DNA of 43,490 nt, filler included, from an uncultured virus (IMG/VR IMGVR_UViG_2576861727_000003) (2 parts of one record of this genome joined end to end with filler, not necessarily neighbours in it), one strand, 5' to 3'. Shown: positions 18,323 to 28,332, counted from the whole stretch's first letter. Notes: generated from the sequence alone by a model not told the origin. A program made the numbers and translations.

Positions 18323-19101
18323 GCGAGTACGAGTTCATCTTCGACAACTTGCGTTGGAGTTTCAGTAATTTGAAATCATTCGGGCAGTGTCCGTTTGAAT
18401 GGCAACTCAAGTATATTGATTGTGAACGTGGCGTTGAAAATATCTACGGACAATTCGGAAGTCTTTGTCACAAGATATTGGAAATGTATCTAAAAGGCGA
18501 CATGAAGAAAGATGAGATGTTACCGTATTATATGGATAATTTCGATTCGAGCGTCGAGTATCTAGTTGGAGATAAATATGGTTCAAGAGACAAATTGTAT
18601 CGTATTGGATATGTGTTTTTTGAAAACTATATGTTTGATATAACGGATAACAAGATTATCGGAGTAGAGCAAAAACTTGATTTCGATTTTAACGGGAAAA
18701 CATTCATTGGCATTATAGACTTGAGCTATAAGGATAAAGATGGAAACATTATTATCCTTGACCACAAAACAGCGGAATCGCCGTTTGGTAAATCAGGAAG
18801 CGTTAAGAAGACAAAGGAAAAAGATTTGCTGTTTTATAAACGGCAGTTATATCTTTATTGTTACGGCTTCTACAAACAGTTCGGACGTATGCCGAAGAAG
18901 ATAGGCTGGAATTTTATAAGGGATAATAAGACGGTTCTGTTGGATGTGAAGAAAGAAGAGTATGACGAAGCGGTACAGTGGGCGACAGATACTATTCGGA
19001 AGATTTATGAAACAGACTCATTTAAAAAGGTTGACAATTATTTCTACTGTAACAATCTTTGCCAGTACAGGAATATTTGTTACAAAATGACGGAAGACTA
19101 A
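18319..19101 (+). CDS. PD-(D/E)XK nuclease (AddB/Cas4-like, Fe-S cysteines)
   Basis: WSFS...QCP, GSLCHKILE, GIIDL, LDHKT, QLYLY, C-terminal CNNLCQYRNIC. Confidence 0.85.
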   Translation: MSEYEFIFDNLRWSFSNLKSFGQCPFEWQLKYIDCERGVENIYGQFGSLCHKILEMYLKGDMKKDEMLPYYMDNFDSSVEYLVGDKYGSRDKLYRIGYVFFENYMFDITDNKIIGVEQKLDFDFNGKTFIGIIDLSYKDKDGNIIILDHKTAESPFGKSGSVKKTKEKDLLFYKRQLYLYCYGFYKQFGRMPKKIGWNFIRDNKTVLLDVKKEEYDEAVQWATDTIRKIYETDSFKKVDNYFYCNNLCQYRNICYKMTED

Positions 19102-19122
19102 GAAAGGGGTGAAGTATTAACT

Positions 19123-22100
19123 ATGGCAAATTATGTAGCATATCACGTTCATGACGACGACAGTTTGCTTGATAGTTGTACTAAATACTCTGATTACATA
19201 AACAAAGCCGTTGAGCTAGGTCAGACGGCAATAGCAATCACTAACCACGGAAATGTGTATAATTGGCTAGAACGCAAGTTATACGCAGAAGAGCGCGGCG
19301 TTAAAATGTTGACTGGCATGGAATGTTATGTTACAGAAGATAATTGTTTAGATGATGGTAGTAAACGTCATCGTGATAATTACCATACAATACTAATAGC
19401 TAAGAATCCTGATGGTGAAAAAGAGTTATTTAGATTATTTGACACCAGCTCAAAGCCGTCGCATCAATACTATAATAAACGTATCTCGATGCAAGAGCTA
19501 TTTAATATCTCAGATAATATTTTCAAGATAAGCGCCTGTCTTGCGTCCCCATTAAACAAGTTACGAAAGTGCAAAGATAAGCAGGATTTAATCAAGCAAT
19601 TATTGCAGACATATGATTATTACGAGATACAGGCTCATGATAATGCAGACCAAATAGAGTACAACAGATGGCTGTATGAAATGTCAAAAAGATATGATAA
19701 GCCATTAATTGCAGGAACGGATACTCACAGTCTTAACGCTTACAAAGCGGAGTGCAGACAGATTCTTAAAATTGCAAAAGGTATTGAATACGCCAATGAA
19801 GATGATTTCGACTTGACGTACAAGAGCTATGATGAATTATGTGAGATGTTTGAAAAGCAGGATGCGTTACCTAAAGAGGTATGGCTACAAGCAATTGAAA
19901 ACACCAATATCATGGCGAGCCAAGTTGTTCCGTCTGAGGTAGACCGTTCACTTAAATATCCTATTCTTTATGGCGACGATGATGAAAAAGTGTTAAGACA
20001 GCGTATTAACAAGATGTATCAAGAAAAGGTTAAGGCTGGCATAATACAAAACACAGAAGAATATCGTCAACGTATTAGGGAAGAGATGGATACGTTTAAA
20101 GATGTTAACTATATCGGTTTCATGCTTTTTATGTCAGAGATGGCTGAGTGGTGTTGGGATAATGGTATTCCTCTTGGCTTTTGTAGAGGTTCGGTCGGTG
20201 GAAGTGCTGTTGCTTATATTACAGGTATAATAGATGTTGACCCTATGAAATGGGATACAGTCTTCTCCCGCTTCTGCAATCGCACTAGAGCTGGCACAGA
20301 GGTGGGCGATATTGATATAGATATAAGTCCTAGTCAGCGTCATTTAGTACAAGAATATATTATTAATCGTTTCGGTGTTGATAATACAGGGTATGTTTTA
20401 AGTATAGGTACAATTGGTGCTAAGGGTACGATAGATGAAATAGGTCGTGCTTTAGATACAATATGGAAGAAAAGTCATAAGGGTGATAGTCCGTATGCGT
20501 TACCAGTAATCACAAAGATAAAAGAAGAATATGAGGTAAATCCTGATAAGACACGAGAAACTTATAAAGAATTATTCTACTATTTTGATGGTCTTATTAA
20601 CACCAATATCTCACAGTCGATGCACCCAGCGGGTGTTATAGCAGCACCGCTCTCACTTACGGATAACTATGGTACGTTCTGGAATGAAGGCAAGCACATC
20701 CTTGCAATCAACATGGAAGAATGCCATACACTACAGCTCGCTAAGTATGATTGTCTTGGTTTAAAGAATATCGAGATTATTAAAGATTGTTGTGAGTATG
20801 CAGGAATCAAGTACCCCAAGTCTCATGAAATAAATTGGGAGGATAAAGATGTATGGAAACATATTGTCGATAGCCCTGTAGGAATATTTCAGTTTGAAGG
20901 CGATTATGCTTTTGATTTACTAAGGCGTTATGTGCCTACAAAAATACGACACTTATCAACAATTAATGCAAGCCTAAGACCATCAGGCGCAAGCTATCGT
21001 GATAAGCTCATATCGCACGAGAGGTGCGTAAATCCATCTCCTATGATAGATGAATTGCTTAAAGATAACGAAGGATATTTGATTTTTCAGGAAGATGTTA
21101 TCGCTTTTCTTATGAATATCTGTGGGTTAGACGGTGCGGAAGCGGACAATGTAAGGCGAGCCATCGGACGTAAACAGATGGATAGACTACAAGCGGCATT
21201 ACCTAAGATACTCGAAGGATATTGTAAGATGTCATCACAGCCTAGAGAAATAGCCGAAAAAGAGGCACAACAGTTTTTGAAAGTTATCGAAGATTCATCG
21301 AATTATATGTTTGGATACAATCATTCTACAGGTTACAGCATGATAGGCTACTTGTGTGCGTATCTCAGATATTACTATCCTACGGAGTTTGTTGCGGCGT
21401 ATTTGAATAATGCAAACAATGACGATGACATTCGTAACGGTACAGAGTTGGCTACTCAGCTCGGTATCAAAATTAAACCCATTCAATTTCGTCATTCGTC
21501 TGCAAAGTATATGCCAGATAAAGCTAACAAGACAGTCTATAAAGGCGTAGCGTCTATCAAATATCTTAATGCGTCTATTTCTGAAAAGCTCTATGCTATG
21601 CGTGACCAGACTTTTAATTCATTTATCGACCTCTTAGATGTTAATCCATGTGATGCCAGACAGACCGCTATTCTTATTAAACTCAACTACTTCTCCGAGT
21701 TTGGTAAGACCCAGTATCTTTTAGACATCTATGACCTCTATTGTAGATATCATAATAAGAAGATTATCAATAAAGACCAATGCCAGTTTGACCGCGAATT
21801 TATGTTACAGTTTGCGACTGAGACTGAAAAGCAATACAGACTAACAGACGGTAACGGTTTTCTTTGGGCGCTTTGTAGTCAAGTTCCGCAGTGTGATATT
21901 CCACTTAAAGATTGTCTTGATGCTCAAAAGGAGTATCTTGGTTATATAGACTATATAAACCCAAAGGCTAAAAAGATGGCGTATGTCTTAAATGTGGATA
22001 CAAAGTACGCACCGAAGCTAACTTTGTATTCTCTTAGTAAGGGCGGGATTTTCACGGCTAAGGTCAAGACGGCAGTATACAATAAAACTAAACTTTTAAA

Positions 22101-22233
22101 GGACGATATTATCCGCATCAACAAATGCGAACCTGAAAATAAACTCAAGTATAGTAACGGAGATTACATTCCAATACCGAACGAGTATGAATGGTGGCTG
22201 AAAAACTACACGAAGGTGAAAGAAATTTGCTAG
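19123..22233 (+). CDS. dnaE: DNA polymerase III alpha subunit (family C), phage-encoded
   Basis: PHP motifs HVH..DSLLD and AITNHG; RGSVGGS; catalytic DIDID; HPAG; KYDCLGL; GIFQFE; YMFGYNHS. Confidence 0.95.
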   Translation: MANYVAYHVHDDDSLLDSCTKYSDYINKAVELGQTAIAITNHGNVYNWLERKLYAEERGVKMLTGMECYVTEDNCLDDGSKRHRDNYHTILIAKNPDGEKELFRLFDTSSKPSHQYYNKRISMQELFNISDNIFKISACLASPLNKLRKCKDKQDLIKQLLQTYDYYEIQAHDNADQIEYNRWLYEMSKRYDKPLIAGTDTHSLNAYKAECRQILKIAKGIEYANEDDFDLTYKSYDELCEMFEKQDALPKEVWLQAIENTNIMASQVVPSEVDRSLKYPILYGDDDEKVLRQRINKMYQEKVKAGIIQNTEEYRQRIREEMDTFKDVNYIGFMLFMSEMAEWCWDNGIPLGFCRGSVGGSAVAYITGIIDVDPMKWDTVFSRFCNRTRAGTEVGDIDIDISPSQRHLVQEYIINRFGVDNTGYVLSIGTIGAKGTIDEIGRALDTIWKKSHKGDSPYALPVITKIKEEYEVNPDKTRETYKELFYYFDGLINTNISQSMHPAGVIAAPLSLTDNYGTFWNEGKHILAINMEECHTLQLAKYDCLGLKNIEIIKDCCEYAGIKYPKSHEINWEDKDVWKHIVDSPVGIFQFEGDYAFDLLRRYVPTKIRHLSTINASLRPSGASYRDKLISHERCVNPSPMIDELLKDNEGYLIFQEDVIAFLMNICGLDGAEADNVRRAIGRKQMDRLQAALPKILEGYCKMSSQPREIAEKEAQQFLKVIEDSSNYMFGYNHSTGYSMIGYLCAYLRYYYPTEFVAAYLNNANNDDDIRNGTELATQLGIKIKPIQFRHSSAKYMPDKANKTVYKGVASIKYLNASISEKLYAMRDQTFNSFIDLLDVNPCDARQTAILIKLNYFSEFGKTQYLLDIYDLYCRYHNKKIINKDQCQFDREFMLQFATETEKQYRLTDGNGFLWALCSQVPQCDIPLKDCLDAQKEYLGYIDYINPKAKKMAYVLNVDTKYAPKLTLYSLSKGGIFTAKVKTAVYNKTKLLKDDIIRINKCEPENKLKYSNGDYIPIPNEYEWWLKNYTKVKEIC

Positions 22234-22863
22234 ATAAATATAAATACACAGACGAAGAACAAAAGAAAATAATTAATTCTATGGTGGTTATCGTAGACAG
22301 TCGAGAAAAGAAGAATGACCACATAACCGCGTATTTTGACAAACATAGGATTAAGTATGAAAGGAGAACAATGACAGCGGGAGACTACAGCTTTTACATT
22401 GAAGCAAATGAAGAGCTGTCTATTCCGCGCCCGATTTATTTCGACAAGAGTATATTCATCGAGAGAAAAGCAAATCTTGAAGAATTGTCTTTAAATTTAA
22501 CATCGGGGAGAACGCGGTTTGAAGAGGAATTTTCTTTGAACCCAAAGACGAAAAAATATCTCCTTATTGAAAATGCCAATTACTATGATTTAGTTAATGG
22601 CAATTACGACAGTAAATATAACTCTAAGGCGTACTTAGGAAGCCTTCATAGCTTTAACCATAAGTACAATTTAGAGATTGTATTTATGCCGAATAATCAG
22701 TTTTCGGCTATTTACATATTGGGCGTATTCCAATATTACNNNNNNNNNNNNNNNNNNNNNNNNNNNNNNNNNNNNNNNNNNNNTTAATTAATTAANNNNN
22801 NNNNNNNNNNNNNNNNNNNNNNNNNNNNNNNNNNNNNNNTACTTAAAGAGCTTGATTAAATAA
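22227..22863 (+). CDS. ERCC4-domain nuclease (spans the assembly gap; probable C-terminus YLKSLIK after the gap)
   Basis: VDSREK, GDYS, IERKANLEEL, LLIE; TTG 22227 after AAGGTG. Confidence 0.85.
22740..22839. other. Assembly gap with artificial all-frame stop linker
   Basis: 100-base block: 44 N, TTAATTAATTAA (22784-22795), 44 N. Confidence 0.97.
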
Positions 22864-22877
22864 TAAGGAGTGATTTT

Positions 22878-23072
22878 ATGAAGAATAATGATTTTGAGGT
22901 AAAGCCTTGCATGATTGAAACCGAGAATAGATGTGCTGATTTTGGAGAGATTTGTTGCCAGACGATTGACGATAGACTTGCTTTCAATGAGTTTGTTGAT
23001 AAGCATGAGTTACCCAAAACGCTCAAATTTGATATAGGTGTGTATCTTAGTAGCGATCACTTTGAATTCTAA
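22878..23072 (+). CDS. Small hypothetical protein
   Basis: RBS AAGGAG. Confidence 0.6.
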   Translation: MKNNDFEVKPCMIETENRCADFGEICCQTIDDRLAFNEFVDKHELPKTLKFDIGVYLSSDHFEF

Positions 23073-23080
23073 TTAAAATG

Positions 23081-23116
23081 GCGCGGTGGAGAAAAATCTG
23101 CCGCGCTTATTTCTTT
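23081..23116 (+). terminator. Possible intrinsic terminator
   Basis: GCGCGGTGGA / TCTGCCGCGC stem + TTATTTCTTT. Confidence 0.6.
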
Positions 23117-23131
23117 AAAGGAGAAATTTTT

Positions 23132-23323
23132 ATGGATAATAAAACTCGCAATAGAAAATTAAATCGGCTTATGCATAACGAGATTAATGAAATTTGTAAC
23201 CGCTATAAAGACGAGTGCAAGGAACTCGGTAGCCGCAAAGAAACTCCCGAGGAAAGAGCAGCTCGATTAAAGAAGAAAGAATACGAGGAAAGACGCAGAC
23301 AGCGTTGGACATTACATAAATAA
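23132..23323 (+). CDS. Small basic hypothetical protein
   Basis: RBS AAGGAG before MDNKTR. Confidence 0.6.
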   Translation: MDNKTRNRKLNRLMHNEINEICNRYKDECKELGSRKETPEERAARLKKKEYEERRRQRWTLHK

Positions 23324-23338
23324 ATTAGGAGGATAATC

Positions 23339-23584
23339 ATGAATAGTGAGAAGATATATGCGAAGATAATGATTAATCTTCATGGCAATGTTAAAGCCAT
23401 TAAGGATTTCGTAAATCTTTCATCCAAGTATAACGATATTGAGGTTAGAAGTGGCAGATATATAGTAGACCCTAAATCTCTGTTTGGTATACTTTCGCTT
23501 GATTTGGATATGCCATTCGGCTTTTTCTACCCAGTAGAAGTAGAAGAAGAGATAAAGCGTGATTTTAGCAAGTGGGCAGTATAA
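23339..23584 (+). CDS. HPr-family phosphocarrier-like protein
   Basis: IKDFVN...DIEVRSGRYIVDPKSLFGILSLDL matches the HPr Ser46 region (VDAKSIMG); RBS AGGAGG. Confidence 0.8.
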   Translation: MNSEKIYAKIMINLHGNVKAIKDFVNLSSKYNDIEVRSGRYIVDPKSLFGILSLDLDMPFGFFYPVEVEEEIKRDFSKWAV

Positions 23585-23601
23585 AAAAAGGAGATAACAA
23601 A

Positions 23602-24126
23602 ATGGGATTTTCAGAACAAATAAAGTCAAGTGTAAACGGCGATGAATACTATACCCCTCAGAATGCGGTAGATATGATACTACCGTATCTCGCAAGAAGA
23701 GGATATCAAAATATCTGGTGTCCGTTTGACAAAGAAGAGAGTAATTTCGTTAAAACACTGAAAGCACAAGGCTACAATGTTGCTTATGGTCATATAGAGA
23801 CTGGACAGGATTTCTTTGAGTTTACTGAACCACAGGGAGATATCATAGTGTCAAACCCGCCGTTTAGTAAAAGAGATAGAATTTTGAAAAAGTTATACGA
23901 ATGGGATATTCCATTTGCCTTGATTATGAATTTTAATGGCTTGTTTGATAGTAAAAAGCGAGCAGATATTTTTCGTGAGCATAGAGTCGAAATGTTAATC
24001 CCTCGTGGACGAATGAAGTTTGTTCATAAAGATAAGGGTCAGTTAAATAGCCCAAATTTTCAGAGTATTTACATATGCAATCATCTGTTAGAAAATCAGA
24101 TAGTTTTTGATAATACAACATTTTAA
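23602..24126 (+). CDS. Small phage adenine-specific methyltransferase-like protein
   Basis: DEYYTP, IWCPFD, GQDFF, VSNPPFS; ATG 23602. Confidence 0.8.
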   Translation: MGFSEQIKSSVNGDEYYTPQNAVDMILPYLARRGYQNIWCPFDKEESNFVKTLKAQGYNVAYGHIETGQDFFEFTEPQGDIIVSNPPFSKRDRILKKLYEWDIPFALIMNFNGLFDSKKRADIFREHRVEMLIPRGRMKFVHKDKGQLNSPNFQSIYICNHLLENQIVFDNTTF

Positions 24127-24139
24127 GAGGAGTATTGAG

Positions 24140-24298
24140 ATGGATAAAGATAATGAAGGTTATACCGATGAAGTTAATGGATATCATGATTCGGGTATAG
24201 GTTGGAATCCGCTAGGCGTATGGTGTGGTGAATGTCTTAAGTCATCTTGTAAAGGTTGCACTAATGAATATAAAACTAAAATGGTATGGGATGAATAA
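24140..24298 (+). CDS. Small Cys-rich protein
   Basis: GWNP.GVWCGEC..SSCKGC; RBS GAGGAG. Confidence 0.55.
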   Translation: MDKDNEGYTDEVNGYHDSGIGWNPLGVWCGECLKSSCKGCTNEYKTKMVWDE

Positions 24299-24332
24299 TA
24301 AACTATAACGGCTTTTAGGGAGTGAAAAAACA

Positions 24333-25097
24333 ATAAAGTATCAAGGAAGTAAATCTCGTATTGCAAAGTATATTATTCCGATTATACAGGAATGTATAGA
24401 CGATAACGAGATAATAGAATACTATGAACCCTTTGTTGGGGGCGCTAACGTAATTGATAAGATAGTTTGCGAGAATAGGTTCGGCTCTGATAGTAATAAG
24501 TACCTGATTGCTCTGCTCAATCATGTATCACACGGCGGTAATTTATATCCAGATGTTTCAAGAGAATTATATAATTTTGTTCGCTCAAAATACAATGAGG
24601 GCGCTAATGATATCCCCGATTGGTACATGGGAAATATCGGATTTCTCGCAAGTTACAATGGTCGCTGGTTCGACGGCGGTTTCGCTGCCCCTGGTTATGA
24701 GAAGACAAAGAATGGAACTAGATACCGAGATTATTACCAAGAGGCTAAGAGAAACCTCGAAGCCCAAGCTACAAAATTAACGGATGTAACCTTTTCAGTA
24801 AAGGATTATTCAGAGGTAACTCCGCACGGAAGTTTTGTCTATTGTGACCCACCATATGCAAACACCAAGCAGTATAAAAATTCTCGGGATTTTGATTTTG
24901 ATAAATTTTGGGATTACATAAGACAAATAAGTAAAGATAATTTCGTACTCGTTAGTGAACTTAATGCACCTGATGATTTTAATTGTATATGGACTAAAGA
25001 AGTGTCAAGAAGCATTAAAGCTACAGATAAGAGTAAAGCAATCGAAAAACTGTTTACATATAATAAAGGAAAATATGCTCAGATTTATAAGAGGTGA
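24333..25097 (+). CDS. Dam-family (D12 class) DNA adenine methyltransferase, probable ATA start
   Basis: Open frame from 24333: IKYQGSKSRIAKYI...YYEPFVGGANV...VYCDPPY...VLVSE; ORF track shows only the C-terminal part. Confidence 0.88.
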   Translation: MKYQGSKSRIAKYIIPIIQECIDDNEIIEYYEPFVGGANVIDKIVCENRFGSDSNKYLIALLNHVSHGGNLYPDVSRELYNFVRSKYNEGANDIPDWYMGNIGFLASYNGRWFDGGFAAPGYEKTKNGTRYRDYYQEAKRNLEAQATKLTDVTFSVKDYSEVTPHGSFVYCDPPYANTKQYKNSRDFDFDKFWDYIRQISKDNFVLVSELNAPDDFNCIWTKEVSRSIKATDKSKAIEKLFTYNKGKYAQIYKR

Positions 25098-25102
25098 CAT
25101 TT

Positions 25103-25261
25103 ATGCCAATGTATGAAATCGCAGTTAGTTTCGCGGATAAGTATTTAACCGTTGAAGCACCTAATAGAAAAGAAGCGGTCGATAAAGCATTTGAACGCGC
25201 TGAATTAACCCGAGATGTAGAAATTGATAACGTTGAGATTTTAGATGAATATGAAGATTAA
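25103..25261 (+). CDS. Small acidic hypothetical protein (52 aa)
   Basis: RBS GAGGTG, ATG 25103. Confidence 0.55.
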   Translation: MPMYEIAVSFADKYLTVEAPNRKEAVDKAFERAELTRDVEIDNVEILDEYED

Positions 25262-25279
25262 GATACTTGAGGTGATAAT

Positions 25280-26008
25280 TTGCAGTTGTATAATGGCGAT
25301 TGCATTGAAGTAATGAAGACATTGCCCGAAAAAAGCGTAGACTTAATTCTTACCGATCCACCATTCGGAACAACTCAAAATAAATGGGATAGCGTTATCC
25401 CCTTTACAGATTTATGGGGAGAGTACGAAAGGGTCATTAAGGACAATGGTGCAATAGTATTATTTGGACAGGGTTTATTTTCCGACGAATTAGCTTGTTC
25501 AAATAAGAAAATGTTTAGATATAGGCTTGTATGGGAAAAGACTAAGGCGGGCGGATTTCTTAATGCTAGACGTATGCCATTACAGGCACATGAAGACATT
25601 CTTGTTTTTTATAAGAAGTTACCTACATATAACCCACAAATGTCAGAGGGAAGACCGTATGTCAAGAAAGCCGTGTCAAATGGCGACGGAAAGAACTATG
25701 GCAAATTTGATAGAGTGGGACAAATAAATGTTAATGAGGGAACAAGATTTCCTCGTAGCGTTATCAAGTTTTCGAATGATAATCATAATTCGTTACATCC
25801 GACGCAAAAGCCCGTAGACTTACTAGAGTATCTTATAAAAACATATACGAATAAGGGTGACGTAGTTCTGGATTCGTGTATGGGCTCAGGCTCTACTGGA
25901 GTTGCGGCTCTTAATTGCGAAAGGGGGTTTATTGGAATAGAACTAGACCCAAACTATTTTGCTATCGCAGAAAAAAGAATAAACGAAAGAGAGGGTATCT
26001 ATGCATAA
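25280..26008 (+). CDS. DNA N4/N6 methyltransferase (beta class)
   Basis: GDCIE, ILTDPPF, HPTQKPVDLL, VLDSCMGSGSTG, FIGIELD. Confidence 0.93.
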   Translation: MQLYNGDCIEVMKTLPEKSVDLILTDPPFGTTQNKWDSVIPFTDLWGEYERVIKDNGAIVLFGQGLFSDELACSNKKMFRYRLVWEKTKAGGFLNARRMPLQAHEDILVFYKKLPTYNPQMSEGRPYVKKAVSNGDGKNYGKFDRVGQINVNEGTRFPRSVIKFSNDNHNSLHPTQKPVDLLEYLIKTYTNKGDVVLDSCMGSGSTGVAALNCERGFIGIELDPNYFAIAEKRINEREGIYA

Positions 26009-26435
26009 CTGCACGATTATTTCTGGACGAAACTTAAATAAGCTTGGTGCCGACCTTGAAATTATTGACTTCGAGCGAAAAGGAAATGTTATCAGATTTT
26101 ACCTTGGCAAAAACGGTGGACAATGGGGCGACGACTGGAATGACCGCCCATATGAATGTAACGCGGGTATAGTATATAATGATTACGTTACGGCATATGT
26201 CGATGTTGCTATTTCATTTGATTGTCTTGTGCTTGAACCGTGCGACGGTGTTTTGAATAGCCAGTACAGTAAAGAGGATATGATTGAACGTAATGTGCCG
26301 TGTATAGTTATCGTTCCTGCCGAACTAGCAAATAATAGCTATAACGAATCTTTTCACTACTGGTCTGCTTGTGTACACGGAGTTTACAGGGTTTATTTCG
26401 GTGATAAATTATCCGAATTCAATCAAGTTCTTTAA
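26001..26435 (+). CDS. Phage hypothetical protein
   Basis: 144 aa; WGDDWNDRPYECNAG. Confidence 0.7.
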   Translation: MHNCTIISGRNLNKLGADLEIIDFERKGNVIRFYLGKNGGQWGDDWNDRPYECNAGIVYNDYVTAYVDVAISFDCLVLEPCDGVLNSQYSKEDMIERNVPCIVIVPAELANNSYNESFHYWSACVHGVYRVYFGDKLSEFNQVL

Positions 26436-26472
26436 GTAATATAGAAATACACCCAATACGAAGGGAGAAAAT

Positions 26473-26769
26473 ATGCACGCTGTATTTACTAATCTCAAAA
26501 ATTTTTTTGTGGAAACAGAAATTTACTTATCTCGTCAGATGACATTCCGCGGCAAAGATTCAGATATGGTAGGGTTTTCATTAACTTACAAGTTCGATAC
26601 TTACTCGATGACTGTAACGGGCATGAATGACAATATACCCCTTAATAGTGATTTACTCACTGATTGCCGTAGGTTGGAAGCAACCAAAAAATCAGTTGAA
26701 GCAACATTCCTCACTCCCGATAACAAGAAGATAAAGATTAAATGGGAATTCGCCGACAGGCTTGAATAA
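26473..26769 (+). CDS. Phage hypothetical protein
   Basis: RBS AAGGGAG. Confidence 0.65.
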   Translation: MHAVFTNLKNFFVETEIYLSRQMTFRGKDSDMVGFSLTYKFDTYSMTVTGMNDNIPLNSDLLTDCRRLEATKKSVEATFLTPDNKKIKIKWEFADRLE

Positions 26770-26784
26770 TGAGCTTTATCGAAA

Positions 26785-27024
26785 ATGGAAAGGAGAATTA
26801 AATTGGTAATAAAAGACTATTTTGGTAATGAAATTAATATTGGTGATACAGTGATATATATAGAGCGTGACCACTATTATACGGCGGTAGTCACTGGATT
26901 TACGAACCGTAAATCTGAAAAAGAAATAATTGAATATGTGACTTTCCATAGCTATATAAGAGATGGGCATCGACAGGGTTGGACTTTGATTGATATAACA
27001 GCTTTAGGGATTGAGAAAAAATAA
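26785..27024 (+). CDS. Hypothetical protein, paralog of 29770-30090 (true start may be downstream)
   Basis: KDYFGNEINIGD...ITALGI. Confidence 0.6.
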   Translation: MERRIKLVIKDYFGNEINIGDTVIYIERDHYYTAVVTGFTNRKSEKEIIEYVTFHSYIRDGHRQGWTLIDITALGIEKK

Positions 27025-27039
27025 AAGGAGAGATAACAC

Positions 27040-27768
27040 ATGAAGGTTTCACTTGTAAGATACACGACCGACCCGCTGAACGCAATTGAATCAGCAGCGA
27101 GTAATTGCTATGATAGCACCCCAAATGGAAAGATTATGAACGCTTGTTATAAGAGTGGGCATCATTCAGTACTGGAATTTGCACAGTTTCATTTTCATAT
27201 AGAGGGTGTGTCAAGGGCGCTATCTCACCAGTTGGTCAGACACAGAACTGCATCTTTCGCCCAAAGGTCACAAAGATTTTGTTCAGAGGATGGTTTTGAT
27301 TTTGTAACTCCACCCGAAATAGCAGACTACCCTGAAGCAAAAGAGGAATTTGACCGCGCTATGGAAGTTTTGGTGGAAAGCTATCGCGAGATAGTAGAAA
27401 TACTTACCAAAAAGCATACAAGTAATTTTATAGCTCGTGGTCAGGATAAAAAAACAGCAGTTCGCAACGCTCGCGCAAAAGCGAATGAGGACGCAAGATT
27501 TGTTCTTCCAAATGCTTGCTTTACAACGATTGATATGTCAATGGATTTTCGCAATCTTTGTCACTTCATGAATGAAAGACTTTGCACAAAGGCTCAGTGG
27601 GAGATACGTCAGCTTGCACAGAAAATGCGTAAGTGTGTAATCGAAGTTTTTCCCGAAGCCGAGAAAATGCTTGTGCCGAAATGTGAAAGATTTGAAGTGC
27701 CGTTCTGCACCGAAGTAAAGAGTTGCGGTAGACATAAAATATTAAAGGAGATAGTTATTAATGAATAA
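27040..27768 (+). CDS. thyX: FAD-dependent thymidylate synthase
   Basis: GHHSVLE, VSRALSHQLVRHRTASFAQRSQR, EDARFVLP, AQWEIR. Confidence 0.96.
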   Translation: MKVSLVRYTTDPLNAIESAASNCYDSTPNGKIMNACYKSGHHSVLEFAQFHFHIEGVSRALSHQLVRHRTASFAQRSQRFCSEDGFDFVTPPEIADYPEAKEEFDRAMEVLVESYREIVEILTKKHTSNFIARGQDKKTAVRNARAKANEDARFVLPNACFTTIDMSMDFRNLCHFMNERLCTKAQWEIRQLAQKMRKCVIEVFPEAEKMLVPKCERFEVPFCTEVKSCGRHKILKEIVINE

Positions 27769-28006
27769 GAATGACATGGTGATATCATACGTTTTTGACG
27801 AGAATCAGTTAGTAATCGGCGGTATTTATAAAGTTAAATATCTCGATAAGGAGTATGAGGGTGTACTTACAGAAATATCTGCAAATACATTGACATTTTA
27901 CGTACCAATTAAGAAGACCGATAAAACTTGTGGGCTTGAACCATATTATGTTTATGCTACAGATTTTTATAATGATAACGAAGCTAATATAATTCAGTTA
28001 AGTTAA
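27761..28006 (+). CDS. Phage hypothetical protein
   Basis: RBS AAGGAG; overlaps thyX stop. Confidence 0.65.
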   Translation: MNKNDMVISYVFDENQLVIGGIYKVKYLDKEYEGVLTEISANTLTFYVPIKKTDKTCGLEPYYVYATDFYNDNEANIIQLS

Positions 28007-28020
28007 CGAAAGGATATTTT

Positions 28021-28332
28021 ATGATAAAGTTTACTACCTCATCAGGAACTCCACTTCAGTTATTGGTTAATCCGAGAGCTATTGCGTATCAGGTATCGCA
28101 AAGTGATAAATATGACATTGCTGAGTTTTTATGCGAGCTTGCAAAGGACATTGTTGAAACGAGGATAAAGTATGACCCGAACTTTCAGATAGATATAGCT
28201 CAGTATATTGAGGAACTAACCATGAGTTATCAGGATTTAAACAATATTGAACATTATTATGGTACGTTGACAGATGCGATAATGTATCATAGTCAAGTTC
28301 ATAAAGCGTGGCGTGAGGATGATGACAAATGA
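28021..28332 (+). CDS. Phage hypothetical protein
   Basis: RBS AAAGGA. Confidence 0.65.
   Translation: MIKFTTSSGTPLQLLVNPRAIAYQVSQSDKYDIAEFLCELAKDIVETRIKYDPNFQIDIAQYIEELTMSYQDLNNIEHYYGTLTDAIMYHSQVHKAWREDDDK

Noticed and set aside
18319..19101. Cas4-like nuclease as a sign of CRISPR-Cas
   Set aside because: No repeat-spacer array or other cas genes seen; it sits between primase and polymerase like a phage replication exonuclease
19123..22233. Possible intein or intron in dnaE
   Set aside because: Continuous 1036-aa ORF of normal length with no splice-junction motifs seen
22740..22839. TTAATTAATTAA palindrome inside an N-run and apparent truncation of the ERCC4 gene
   Set aside because: Artificial scaffold spacer with stops in all six frames; the flanks (…CAATATTAC / TACTTAAAG…) look like one continuous gene end
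24508..24780. 90-aa ORF suggesting a frameshifted methyltransferase
   Set aside because: The MTase frame is open without stops from 24309 to 25097; this ORF is an alternate-frame shadow
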